From positions 1-64,000 of the forward strand of contig JBECUI020000038.1 of NCBI GenBank assembly GCA_040954595.2: DNA of 64,000 bases, written 5' to 3'. The notes beneath the pieces were generated by a model, which saw nothing but the letters and a program-made list of their open reading frames with translations, had not been told where the DNA came from and did not search any database. A program made the position numbers and the translations under genes. Each line of letters starts with the position of its first letter. Position 1 is the first letter of the stretch. This DNA is from Balanoglossus misakiensis. Lineage: Eukaryota > Animalia > Hemichordata. Below, in pieces: positions 24,994 through 37,312 of this stretch.

Positions 24994-27900
24994 ATGTGGG
25001 GCAAACTATTCAACAGGAGTAGCGCACTTCTTAAAAGTTTGTCTATTGTTATGCCGAATAGAAAAGGGAAAAGTTACTTCAACATAGGCCAGTGGGCAAA
25101 GGACCAAAAGATAGCGAGACAGGTAGCTGAAGAGAAGTGTTTACAACAACTATATCAGGAGAAATTGAAGACTAGATCTTTGTCTGGGAGCGTGGCCAAC
25201 AACCTATTGGTAGTTAGAACAAAGAGAGGACAGACTAAACACAGGTTTAACTTAGGAGAGTGGTGTAGACAGAGAAAGAGAAAGAGAGATGAGGAAGAAA
25301 GCATAATTCAGGATAAGTTGAATAAGTTGAGTGCAGCTAGGAGACTAGTAAAAAGATCCTCAACCCAGCTAGCTAGACTAGAGAAGAAGAACAGTAAGAT
25401 TTGTGAGATCTTAGCTACAAAGAATAATAAGAGAAAGGTAAGCTAGATCAGATAAATAGACTTAGTCATAATTTTAAAAATCTCAGATTTGTATAAATCC
25501 TCTTCAAATTTTAGCCCAAATTCGCTTTTTGAACTTCATGTCACATGATCCTGTGTAAACAATGATAACAAAATGGGTTCAGCTTTGATGCAAAACATCT
25601 AGGTTTTCCAACAAACTATGTATATTTTTTAGGATTTTTATTGCAGAAGTTGTCAGAAAAATACAGGCTACACGTGTGTATTTCTTATCAAGGACATTTA
25701 AATTAATGATTAACTTGTAAGAAGATTTTATTTTATATATAATGATTATATTCTAATTAGTATATATTTATCACACACTTAATCTTTCAGATTCCTGTTG
25801 ATGTTGTTAATGTGAAACGCTCTAAATGGGTCCACAAGAACACTGAAGTATGTGCAGATAATAGTGAATCTTTGAAGCTGTCGCGACGTCAACAGTATGA
25901 ACGTAGGTGTGAAACCTTATCAGCAGCCATAAATATTCATGTAGCAACTACAGATGTAAGCCCAGCCAAAGGTATAAATAAACCGAATGTACTACATCCA
26001 CCAAAAGCAGCACTTGATGGTTTGTGGTATACTCTTGTTAATTCTGCCACTCCTGACCAAATGAAAACATTCTTCAGAACCTCTCCCCAAATCAGTAAAA
26101 AAGTAATGCCATCAGTATTTGATAAATACATCAGTAAATTTGAGAAAAGTGAGAACAATTTGGTGAGGAGTGTCAGAACTATGTATGAGGGCGGAGTACT
26201 ATCCAAACGAAAATATAACTGTCTGAGGCAGAGTGAACTTCAGATGTTCTCCAACTTGAAACATCCTAGGAAAGCATTAGAAATTCATTCTGGCTGTAGA
26301 ATACCAAGACTGCTCCCATACACAAAAGTTGTACAGTATGTAAGTAACCTTGACATTGGAAATCTTGAGCCAATTATATCATCTGAAGGCAAACAAGTCG
26401 GCTTAAAAAGAAACCCTGAGGAGTTGCTTATTAAGATTGCCAGTTTATATTTAAATATGGGGGAAACACAGCCTGATATTCTTAACTGGTTCGGTAAACA
26501 GGAGGGCTCATTTCAAATCAGTATAGGTGCTGACGGGGCTCCGTTTGGCAAACATGGACAGGCCACTGCATGGCTAGTTAGTTTCTTGAATGTGACCCAC
26601 CGTGTTGCTAGCCCAGACCACAATTTTCTCCTATTAGGGGCAAACATAAAAGAGGATGACCCCATAATGATTGAATTTGCAATTGCATTGTCAAAAGACC
26701 TTGAGTGTATTGAGAAACGTAAATATAAAGTTGGCAGTCTTGATGTAACTTTTCAGGTGTCACTTTTACCCTTTGATCAGAAGGGATTGGCCAGTGTGTC
26801 TGGAGAACTAAGCAATGCAGCAAAGTATTTCAGCTCATTTGCTAACGTTCCAAAAATGATATTGATTGTATTGGAGCAGAAATTGGCCCAGGTCAGAAGT
26901 GGGATGAATGGAAATATCAGAAAAGAATTAAAGATGCAGAAGCTGTTGAAAAGTTGAAGTCAACTAAGAAAATTAAAACTGGAAAGCCCAAAACAGTGCG
27001 ACCCAAAATCACACAATTTATAGCCAGTCTGAGGTCAAGACAGGAATTTGTACCACCGTTGGGTAGATTTATTGATTGTGCCAAGGCTGAGCCATTGCAT
27101 TTAAAGAACAATGCATGGCAATACTACTTCCAACGATTACTGATTGACGCAGTTGCCCACACTTCGGAAAAGGGTCGTGAAAATGGAGTTAAAATTGAGA
27201 ATCTACCTAACGAGTCATATCTGTACAAATTCCTGTCTGCCCTAAAATATCAAGTAAAAGCTGGAAAGTTGTATAATAAGATTGTAAAATACTTCAATGA
27301 AAATAGTGTCAAGTCAAATGCCAACATTAATGTGGTTTATCGCTTCACTGGTGAGGAGTCTCGCAAACTTGCTTGGCATTTCATAGGATTGGTATTAGCA
27401 TTGAGAAGCGATACAGACAGACCAAAGCGTCGGGCTCAATTAGCTCTCTACACATATACTGGTATCTTGCTTAGAGATATCACTTTGTTATTCTCACGAT
27501 TCAACATAAATGAGGGAGATTTGCTTGTACTTAGGCATAAGTGTCGGTGGTACTTTAATCTACATTCCCTGTTTCTGAATGTCAATAATACTGTGTGGCA
27601 CATTGGTTATGTAGTCCCAAAACACACCACTAGTATCTATAAGCAATTCAGTCTGGGATTAGGCCTAAACACAATGGAAGGCAGAGAGGCAAAGCATCTA
27701 CGCCTGCTAGAATTCAGTGAAAATTCTACACCTCAAAATAGGTGGGCCCTCATATTTCGACACGAATATGTGATGCTTTTTTGGCTGAGGAACAAAAGTC
27801 CAAAAGCTGACAACTATAGAAATGCAAATGTAGGTCAATTTGAGCTTAAAGAAAAAGAAAAATACATTCCCAGTCGATATTATGAGAATGCAGGCTACTG

Positions 27901-28031
27901 TATGTGTGGCAATTTAAAAAAATGAAACAATGACTGCCTGTGAAATATGTGTTGACCCAATTATGGATGACATAAAAAAAGCAGCTGTCACTGGTAAAAT
28001 ATCAAATAAACTCAAGAAACTTATGCTGTGA
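24994..28031 (+). pseudogene. Spliced RAG1/Transib-like transposase; exons 24994-25437 and 25791-28031; two single-base frameshifts (~26850, ~27920)
   Basis: Phase-0 AAG|GTAAGC...TTTCAG|ATT intron joins the ORFs in frame. Motifs SIGADG, PFDQK..SG, EPLHL, RFTGEESRKL and GLGLNTMEGREAKH are colinear with RAG1 ESCDG, YDEK, DALH, RMNGNFARKL and GAWASEGNESGN. C-terminal CxCG-x9-CxxC after frame repair. Confidence 0.75.
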
Positions 28032-28883
28032 ACAATGATTGAATTTGAAACAGTGGATTGTGTCACTGTGTGCTACTTTAGAATTAAAGGATAACTATAG
28101 TATTAATTACATTACAGAATTATAAAGACTCATCTGTAGTTGAGAGCTGCATTTAATAAAAATGGAGATCACAAATCACATGAATTCACACTTTTTGAAC
28201 TGGAGATGATATGTTTCTTATGGGATTTTGTATATGTGTGCATGTATGGGGACAGGGAAATTGAAACTTATCTTACCACTATTAAGTATTGTGAATAAAC
28301 CCTTAATCGTATAGTGATTGCAGTGCTTTGCAAAATTAAAATGTATGACATACATAAGCTTGATAGAAAAGTTTTACATTTTTCTTGAGGAGTTGTTTAT
28401 TCTGCACCTGCACGAAATTTTAATGAATTTGTGAAAAAATAAAGAATTAAGTCTCATCAAATTCTTGATATTTATAAATTTTGTCATGGAATTAATTGTA
28501 AATATTAATTAAATTTAGACCAGAAATCCTGGTTAACTGTTAGATGAGCAGTTTTGATTGACTTATCAATGTTGATTGTAGGTAACATACATTTTTTTCT
28601 GAAACTAATGAAAAATCTATGTTACAATAATGATGGAAAAAAAGAATTTTACAGTTTAGGAAATTTTGTAAACATTATCTGTTCATTTGTATTGAATGTA
28701 GATAAATAAAGACAAGTGATGAATTTTTGAGTCTTCTAATTTTCCTTTTTTTATTTGAATATATGTCAATTGTGAGAGGACTGTCTTGACAGACTGATAC
28801 ATCTACACTGAACAACATGTGCCACAGATCAGGAAAAAAATGTTCCTCAGATGGGTTGAATCAGTGTGAAAAATCAATAGGGT

Positions 28884-29534
28884 TCAGTTCTCTGGATGTA
28901 ATGGAATTCCATGTTTGTTCCAGGCACCAAAGCTGAATCTAACAGCAACAGTCTCCCTGTTGATAAAATATTTCACAACACAGGGCTTCTCAGGTGTGAA
29001 TATAACAGCTACCCTCTTTCCACGGACTTTCTTCTCTAGGATATTCTCTGTATGCTGACCGATAGCGCCCTCGTAGCAATAACCTTTCCGTATCACATAC
29101 AATAGCTTCAAGGAACTTGTGAAGGTCAAGGTTATGATAGCCCTGGAGGTCTTCTCGTCGATACCAAAACCGGTCCGAGTAGCAAACTGATGAAAAACAT
29201 CAAATACTTCCCTCGGCATTTGTCGTGTAAAGCTGCTTTGCCATGGTAACCTTAACGACGGGGATGTTGACAGCCGAGCGTAGAAGGTCTTCTGCCAGTA
29301 GGTCATATCACGCTGAAACATGGGAAATACGGCGACGTCACGCCAACGAATCTTGTCCTTTGACAGCTTGTCGTTTCGAAATATGGCCCTTGTTGTCACA
29401 TCCTCAAGTTCATCAAAGAGTGGGTGTATATACAGATTGTCCGACACGCATTTTTTACGTTTAAGCACAGATTTTGCCTCTCGCAATTTGCGTTTTATAA
29501 CTTTCTCGGCATCGATCAACACGGGCGCCGCCAT
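28884..29534 (-). CDS. 216-aa basic orphan protein, second gene of the transposon, convergent with the transposase
   Basis: Uninterrupted ORF starting in a CAAGATGGCGGCGCCC context 85 bp inside the right terminus; no domain recognised. Confidence 0.75.
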   Translation of the reverse strand: MAAPVLIDAEKVIKRKLREAKSVLKRKKCVSDNLYIHPLFDELEDVTTRAIFRNDKLSKDKIRWRDVAVFPMFQRDMTYWQKTFYARLSTSPSLRLPWQSSFTRQMPREVFDVFHQFATRTGFGIDEKTSRAIITLTFTSSLKLLYVIRKGYCYEGAIGQHTENILEKKVRGKRVAVIFTPEKPCVVKYFINRETVAVRFSFGAWNKHGIPLHPEN

Positions 29535-29621
29535 CTTGGCAATGCGTTGCTATGGTGAACATGGGAGCTCGCGCTTCGCGGAATACTGCCCAACATAGCT
29601 CTAGTATTTCCCGCAGTGTGT

Positions 29622-31391
29622 AACAGCTTTTCACCAAATTGGACCATTGGCGAATTGAACTCTCTGTACAGGATCCCATCTTTCATGATGAACTTCAACC
29701 TACCTCCATTCCTAGTCACTTTCTCGTCACCCAAAATTGCCTTCTCACGTAGTTTGTCAAGAGTGGAGTCTTCTTCTTGAGCTTGTTGAAGCTTCCCTGG
29801 CATCACCACTTCACCAACAGCTTTAGGTACTTTAAGCTCTCTGATTGGTTTTTGGTTGGCTATCTTCTGGGCTCTGGTCTCCACAGCATTTGCTAAACCT
29901 GGTACCTGTCCAACAGTTGTACACAGTCTACATGTCGGCAATGGTTCCTGCCATGTAGTATCAGGATTCGAAGGGTCAGATACACCATCAATGTTGCCCA
30001 GTATTAAATCATACACATGGTTCATCATGCACAGTGCAGTAACATCACCAACAAAGTAAGGGGTATCAACTTTTATAGAGGCTACAGGTACTCTTCTAAT
30101 AGTCCCATCTATCAGAACACACGTCCTGTACTCACCAGTCAGCTGATTACTTGACACCAGACTTCTTCGAACTACCACGCTACTACACCCACTATCACGC
30201 AAAACGCTAACCAGCTTACCATCGAGCAATCCCTTCATTACCGGCATCTTCTTCACTCCATGGGCACTACAAGCAGCACTCATCACTGGGAGCTTATGAC
30301 CACATGGTAACACGAACTCCTTATTCAGTGTTGCATCTGTTTTATCTATTTCCATTGCTACCACCATACATGCATAACCAGTGTCTAGTCCCCTGGGCTG
30401 TTGACGGTTGCCCCAATGTGTACATTCTTGTTTAGGTGGATAGTTTCTATCTTCTTCAGTTAACAATACCGCCGTCTTATGCATCTTTGGCTTACTTCTA
30501 CAATCTTTTGCCATATGACCACCTTTACCACATACGAAGCACGTACCTTTAAAAACATGGGAACCATTGGTTTTGTTATTAAACTTATTTACTTGATTTG
30601 GATATACAGAAGGCTTGGTATTTGCTGTCGGCTGGCTCCTTGGATTATTCTTGGCATTACTTGGCAGTTTCCACCACCCTCGGGCATCTAAGTATTTTGA
30701 GGCAGTAGATACCATCTCTTGGACATTCTCTGGCCGTCGCTCTCTAATGAACATTGCCATGTCTCTGGAACATACTCCAATAAACTGCTCTCGAAGTAAC
30801 AGATCTGTAAGCCCATTGTACGTCTTTGGAGTACCAGCCAGTTCTACCCATCTGCCCAAATAGTCACCAATACGGTCCATAAACTTTTGAGCACTTTCAT
30901 CATAATGTGGCATACACGAACGGAACTTGTCATGAAAACTCTCCTCACTTAACTGGTAAGCCCTCAATAACTCTGGTTTCAATTCATCATAATTATTTGC
31001 AGACGCTGCAGGCATTTGGTTGTATGTGGATACATCCTTACCTTGTAACAATATGCACTGAGATTCACCCCCAGTCATCTTTTTCCCACTTCTGAGCAGT
31101 GGCGTAGCGCTGAAAACGTTGAAGGTACGCATCCATATCATCAACATCCTCACGAAAACCCTGTAGTCTCGGAGCACGCGCTTTGGCCAAATTATTTTCA
31201 GTAACCTGCTGTTCTGTATTTTCCCCTTTCAATTTTAATTCTTGTAAGTGAATTTGCATTTTCAGTATCTCTCTCTCATGTTCCTCGCGCCGCCTATTAT
31301 CTTCTCTCTGCTCCTCTCTCTCAGTAGCCCTAAGATCCCTCTGTCTAATTTGTTCCTCTCTAACATAATCTTTTAAAGCAGTCCCTTCCAA
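29622..31391 (-). pseudogene. Gypsy gag (SCAN-like capsid, CCHC knuckle) and aspartic protease, frameshifted at ~31070
   Basis: DDMDAYLQRFQRYA, LLLREQF, CFVCGKGGHMAKDC, LRDSGCS, DLILGN. Confidence 0.9.
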
Positions 31392-31710
31392 CCCAAATTT
31401 TCTCCCTATCTTAGATATTCTTTCTGCATATATGCTTTGCTGTATCGCGATTTACAACCCCCAGTTTGACAACCCCTAGCAGTACAGGGCATTCAGCACA
31501 AGTCAACACAGCCAAACGCACGACGCAAACCAACACGGCCCATATTATATAGCAGGAAACCACAAGCGCACATACAGTAACAGTACCAGCCTACAGACCC
31601 AGCACCGTCTTCACAATTTGCAGAATCTCTACCTATCAAAACCATGGTCTCCACTATATGGCAACAATTTATGATAGTATACAAACAAATGCACAACAAA
31701 ACGATAAAAC

Positions 31711-31727
31711 TCCCGGACGAGCCCCCA
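31711..31727 (-). promoter_or_regulatory. Primer binding site complementary to tRNA-Pro
   Basis: Minus strand reads ...TGACA|TT|TGGGGGCTCGTCCGGGA directly after the LTR edge (31730). Confidence 0.88.
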
Positions 31728-32408
31728 AATGTCAGAGGTGGAGGGCACCCCTCTGATTCCAGGATAAATATTGAGCAGCTCTCAGTGCCAAGGAGTAAAC
31801 ATCCGTGGATAAGGTATGGGGAGAAACTACACAAACCAGTGCGGATACAATAATACAGTTGATTTAATTTAAATCAATTAAATAATATAAAGATAATACT
31901 AGGAATATAATTTTTGTGCACAATATGCACAATATCAAATGTCTCTGTCCTAACCAATTTAGCAGGTACAGGTATGCTGATACAATTGGTCATACAATAC
32001 AATGGGTTACTTAATATATTACATAAATGAATATATTCACAATATCACTATAGTTTATTGTCTATTGCATATTGTCTAAACAATGGTAAGTGTCACTTAG
32101 CTGTATATAACATTCATAGTAAACAATCATGATTCAACCACAATATGGGATGGAGTCCTGTATAGATGAACGATGTAGCGACGATCCACATTACACATAC
32201 AATCTGTGATACACCATGTTTTCTACCACTTGTAGTCCTCCAGTAGTCAAGTAAACACACTGAAGACTGACTTGTTAGATGCAAGTCTTGGGTTAAATGG
32301 CTGAATGAAAAATCAACAAACATTGACTGAAATGTCCACCTTAGCAACTGTTCACAAATGAATACTGACGTTTCTCAATAATAATTATCAGAAATTTGGA
32401 CTAGTTAA

Positions 32409-33203
32409 GATGGGTCCCTAGGATCTTTTTGCCCGTTGCTATGGGCCTTTATAGGACATTACACCCCGATTTGGACTAAGCCGTTTTCAGAGTCTAACAA
32501 GGGGCTGGTAACTAGTTAAAAATACGCACGATTGTGAGCGCGCGCCCCCTGACGCCATTGATATGCAAATTAGTTAGGTCAAATTTCAAAAGCCTAAGGC
32601 TTTTTATTCCGTGACCTCAAAAACGAACTTGATACGTATTCATTAGTTGCTTGAACCAGGGAAGATCGTGACGGATTTTGTTTTCGAATATTATCGTTGT
32701 ATCCTACGATTTCAGCATACCCGTACCACACCTGAAAAAGTCATCGATTTTGGGTGTTTTTGGACGCACTCTTCCACTGGTATCGCTTCTTAGCACGACG
32801 AAAACCGAAAAAACGATCCGTCACACTATGCGGAAGTGCGTTTTCAACAAGCAGGTCAAATTTGGCTGGCCTACGTCGCCTGTGAAAAAAGCCTTAGGGA
32901 TTTTCGTGAACGGTACAAAATCTCTGTGTACAAAACATTGGATTTTTAGCGTTCGATCCAGTTACTGTGGTTACAGGACGCGCACGCTATCGCTGACCGC
33001 TGCTTTGCCGTATTAGCGTGGCGGCCTATGGCCGGGCGGTAGCTGCCGTAAACATACTCAGACAGGGGGTGTGCACACAATCGTGTGTATTTTTAACTAG
33101 TTACAAGCCCCTTGTCGGACGTTCATAACGGTTTCGATCAAAATTGAGTGTAGTGTCCTATAAAGGCCCATAGCAACGAGCAAAAAGATCCTAGGGACCC
33201 ATC
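32409..33203 (+). mobile_element. 795-bp TTAA-flanked MITE (Kolobok-like RR termini), ~130-bp TIRs
   Basis: TTAA|GATGGGTCCCTAGGATC...GATCCTAGGGACCCATC|TTAA; near-identical inverted copy at 53536-54330. Confidence 0.9.
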
Positions 33204-34040
33204 TTAAAGCGTCATGATTACATGTGATATCATGGAAAATTATGCTTTAACTATGACCGTCCTATTACTTACAAATTGTCGAATTTGACATAAATATCCA
33301 TAAAATATAAATTTAAGTTATAGTAAATAAATAAACAAATACATTACTTACACGAGAATTCTTCACCACACTTCATGCTCAGCAATACCGGGTCTATAGG
33401 ATGGTTCCACAGAACTCTGCTTGGAGCAATTTCCAGCCACACCACATACGACCATGCCAGCCACGCCAATCGCCCGACCACACCGGTTTGCACTGAATAA
33501 GCACAATTCTGCTTTCTAGAAGTACTGAATTTACTTCCACTCGAATTGCAGAAACAGTGGTCCTGAGAGCACTAATGCGCGCTACAGCATTACATGGACA
33601 CAGCAAGGTATGGTGCAATATTTCCCCTAGTATTTCTACTCACTGAGCAGGGAGACCCGACTTGTTGCTCCCTTCAAGACCTAAATTGAAGTGTGCTCTC
33701 TTACTACACGAAACTTAGCTAACGAAGCCCTATTCATTAACATGACAATACACGGTGTCACTACACCTGAAATTATGCGGGCACCTGGGTTTCCACTGAC
33801 TCCAGTACTACCTAATTATATGACAAGTTGGGACCGACAGTCGAGACCCATACAGCATTACAATCAACAAATAGTAAAAAAAAATAAAAAAGTAAACAAA
33901 AAACAGGAAAACATTTTAAAAATACAAATAAAATTATGAAACTACTAAAAAAACAAAACAAAAACAAAAACAACACAAAAACACAAAACAACAAGCGAGG
34001 TCAATAAAGATTAACGCTTACAAAGATAGAAAAAGTAAGA

Positions 34041-36009
34041 CTGTTGTGATTATTGCTGGAATAGGCAATGTTTTAATCTACCTGCAAATACTGGTGTGAC
34101 AAAGATTGTCGGCCAGTCAACATCACCAACGATATTAACAATATAAAAATAAATAAAATTTCAACGATTCAACTTCTTTTCTAGCTTCCTATCTGGATAG
34201 TTTGTTTTATTTTACTCTAAAGATCACCTTTCTTCTAGGCCACGTGGCAAGAGACGTTTTCAACTTCTACTATCATCGATGCGAGAGTACTATAGTATTC
34301 TCATATACACAGACAAAGGCCACCAAAATAAGAGAATCATTTGGTCAAATGGTAGAGGGCGCAAAAACAGATATTTCAAATGACAAAATTTTCCGATAAA
34401 CGTGTTTAATCAAATCAAACTGTGCTCAATGGTATTCTTGCAAAAATTGAATACACATGAAACAAAATACAGCAACTGCCATGAACAACAAGTTTATTCA
34501 TGACAAAATTCAATTTTTTTAATCAGTGATTTCCATTATCAGCTGAAAACTAAAATTAGATTGTCATCTTGAACAGTATAAAATCAGCGAGCAATTAGAC
34601 ATTAAGTACCCAGCATACTAAAATAAAACCATGTAAACATGCACAATTAGATAATCAAAGATTTTTTATTTATTCACCATGATGTTTTTAATTTATGTCA
34701 AATCAAAGTACTTGAAGTTATGGAAGATCAATTAAAATAGAAAACTGTAATTTTAATGGCTCGGTAATGTATCCAATTTCTGCCCAATATATGAAATTTC
34801 CGAGTCAGCAACTGAAGAATTCGTGGGGAAAATATTTACGTGATGTGTAACAGAATTCACTTGGAAGTAAGGAGTTTTTGTAAAATCAACATGCATATTA
34901 CAATTTATTTGTAAAAACTTGATTGGCAATGGAAAATTGGCGTTTAAATATATAGTACTTCAAGATGAACAGATAAAATATAAGTTATTACAGATGTCAT
35001 TTTACGACAACAAGGAATGTTCAATCGTTCTTTAATATCTTTAATGATACCAGGTCAAAGGTCACCTTTGCAAATTCAACCACTGGTACCATAGCCATTT
35101 CAAATGTAGCCAAAAGTGCGCCACCACTTTCTTCAAACATACTGAAACCATCTACAGGTTACTGTAGTCCTATATCTCTTGGCATCCATGGCAGTTTAGC
35201 TAGACATGAGCTGGCAAGGGGTGACCTGCAAGCTTTGAACTCTGGCTTCGGTAATGTCGACTCTGGCTCTGGCATATACTTGCAGGTCCATATGACCTTG
35301 GGGTGAACATGGTCATGAAGAAATAAATAGAATCTGTTTGGTACATTGTCAACTTCATTTTAAACTTTCAAAAAAATAACAATATGGTGAGTAATGTTTT
35401 TGTTGTTTTCAAAGAGACTCACCATACACTTTAGTAAATCAAAGACTTGAAAAAGTTTTGAGGACTATCATTTGTCTGAATCTCGGACCGCGAGGCACAT
35501 ACTACCTTAAATAGTTTCACTCGCAGCTTCTTGTGGGCAGTTTCTCCGTGCGTACCTGTACAGACACACCAGGAGACCGATCCCGATGAACAACGACACC
35601 CACATGAAAACATTCAAGCGTCTGGTCACACCCATTTCCGTCAAACAAGAACATGAATGAAACTGCGGAGGAAGAGAACGGGAGAGTGCCCATTAACCCT
35701 GTAATGGCCAATCATTTACTGGCACAAGGTTCAGGATGTACGATCACTGGAGTTGAAAATAAGGTCATGGATTTGAAAATCATTTTGAGTTATGAAATTG
35801 AAATACATATTTTTCATTGTGGATTCTCCGACATAAATATTATCAAAATCAATAAGGGTTGGCTTTTTAATTTATGACATATAACGCCATGAATCTAGCC
35901 CATTAATACAAAGGCAATACTTAAACACATTTCGGGGTAGCGTTATGACAACTTGAAGAAAGTATGAATACAAACTTTCTAAAGTAATATTTTAAAGGTT
36001 GGCGTATTG
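34041..36009 (+). repeat. Second copy of the 1.97-kb segment at 16443-18410
   Basis: Colinear match. Confidence 0.93.
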
Positions 36010-36542
36010 CTTAGCATAATCATTTTTCCGTTTGCTGTGACATTTGTCTCCCTGTGAGAGTTTAAGTAAATGTAGAGTCACGCAAATTAGGCAACATCAA
36101 TATCCCATACGTAATTCAGTGTGTTTTGTTCGCATTTTTGGTTTTCATTTTGAAAATGAACAAAGGACTTTCCTATCATTGACCAACACTCGTATGAATA
36201 CATCCAAATTACCCAACTTTAATTTTCCTTAAAGAATTGGTCAGCTCTGCGAATATATTTCACCTGACCACTTCCTTTGCTAAGGAAGAGTGTTGTTTAT
36301 GTAATAATATTTTTATAATATTTATAACTTATGTAGCACATTAAATCTCAACGTGCTTTAAGTTGTCCCATGGTCATTTGAGCTAGGATGTTGGACCTAA
36401 ATATTCCATTAAACTCCCTGGGGAGCAAACAACATCTCACCATCATTAGAAATGCCAAATTACAGTGCTTTTGGCCACGTATTAACCTGGGGATTTACAG
36501 TTAACTTTAAATACACACGCATATGCATTTAATCCCCATGTG

Positions 36543-36884
36543 AGGGACAAAGTCTCTCTCTCGCTGCCCTTTTCCCATATTATATTTGATAAGAGACACC
36601 GTTTGTTATTCTACATGTGGATATATAGCGAATGAACGTTCAACCACACACAACTTCCATCCCTCTTATAGACAGGAGAGTGAAAAACTCGCCAAAATGA
36701 ATAATCGTTCTTTACCATTTATTCATTTTGGGCGAGTTTTTACTCTCATATCGTACAAACGAGACGGAAGTTGTGTGTGGTCGAATGTTGATTCACCATA
36801 TATCCACATGTAGAATAACATCAATGGCGTCTTGTATCATACATAATTAATTGAAAAAAGGCAGCGATGAGAGACTTTGCCCCT
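36543..36884. mobile_element. Kolobok-derived MITE (left TTAA lost)
   Basis: AGGGACAAAGTCTCTCT...GAGAGACTTTGCCCCT|TTAA; matches the terminus at 59160-59349. Confidence 0.8.
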
Positions 36885-37199
36885 TTAAACAATTGGTCAG
36901 CTCTGCGAATATAGTTCACCTGACCACTTCCTTTGCTAAGTAAGAGTGTTGTTTATGTAATAATATCAATATAATATTTATTACTTATATAGCACATTAT
37001 GCAATAAATCTCAATGTGCTGCTTTGAAGTGTTTCCCATGGTAATTTGACCTAGGTCGTTGGACCTAAAATATTCCATTCCACTCCATGGGGAGCAAACA
37101 ACAGCTCACATGTGCAGCTTTTATATCAGCAAAGCAGACCTATACATACACATTACAATATCCGATCCACCAAATTACCCTTTTCTTATAGGCGGGGAG

Positions 37200-37312
37200 A
37201 GGCAAGGAGATGTAAATTGCCTTGCCAGAGGACACAACACCACAACCATGCCAGGGATCAAACTCTTGATTCTTTGATTATGGGTCTGATGCTCTAACCA
37301 CTGGACTATGAC
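37200..37312 (-). mobile_element. Degenerate tRNA-derived SINE head; paralogous copy at ~61755-61853
   Basis: Minus strand AGTGGTTAGAGC (A-box-like), GAGTTTGATCCC (B-box-like), then GTGTCCTCTGGCAAGGCA CORE-like tract. Confidence 0.5.

Larger units (their letters stand above)
24145..29618 (+). mobile_element. 5474-bp two-gene DDE DNA transposon of the RAG/Transib/Chapaev(CMC)-like group
   Basis: Ends CACTACAG...CCGCAGTG; 3-bp TSD TGT (24142-24144, 29619-29621); precise interruption of the Gypsy ORF; shared subterminal TGGGCAGTATT at positions 27-37 of both ends. Confidence 0.9.
22130..32404 (-). mobile_element. Decayed Gmr1-like Ty3/Gypsy LTR retrotransposon (gag-PR-IN-RT), 3' truncated, interrupted at 24145-29618
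   Basis: LTR edge and PBS at 31711-31734; gag with zinc knuckle; protease LRDSG; integrase upstream of RT. The reading frame GEKLL|QVVVP is restored on removing the insertion. Confidence 0.9.

Noticed and set aside
28884-29534. RAG2-like gene; calling the element a bona fide ProtoRAG
   Set aside because: No kelch or PHD pattern; TSD is 3 bp, not 5; RAG1 zinc-ligand CxxC is absent. No gene symbol assigned.
31711-31727. tRNA-Pro gene
   Set aside because: Only the 3' 17 nt including CCA, abutting an LTR; it is a PBS.
32678-33016. 112-aa ORF conserved in two copies (also 53723-54061)
   Set aside because: Lies within near-identical MITE copies; TTG start; no domain; conservation reflects recent copying.
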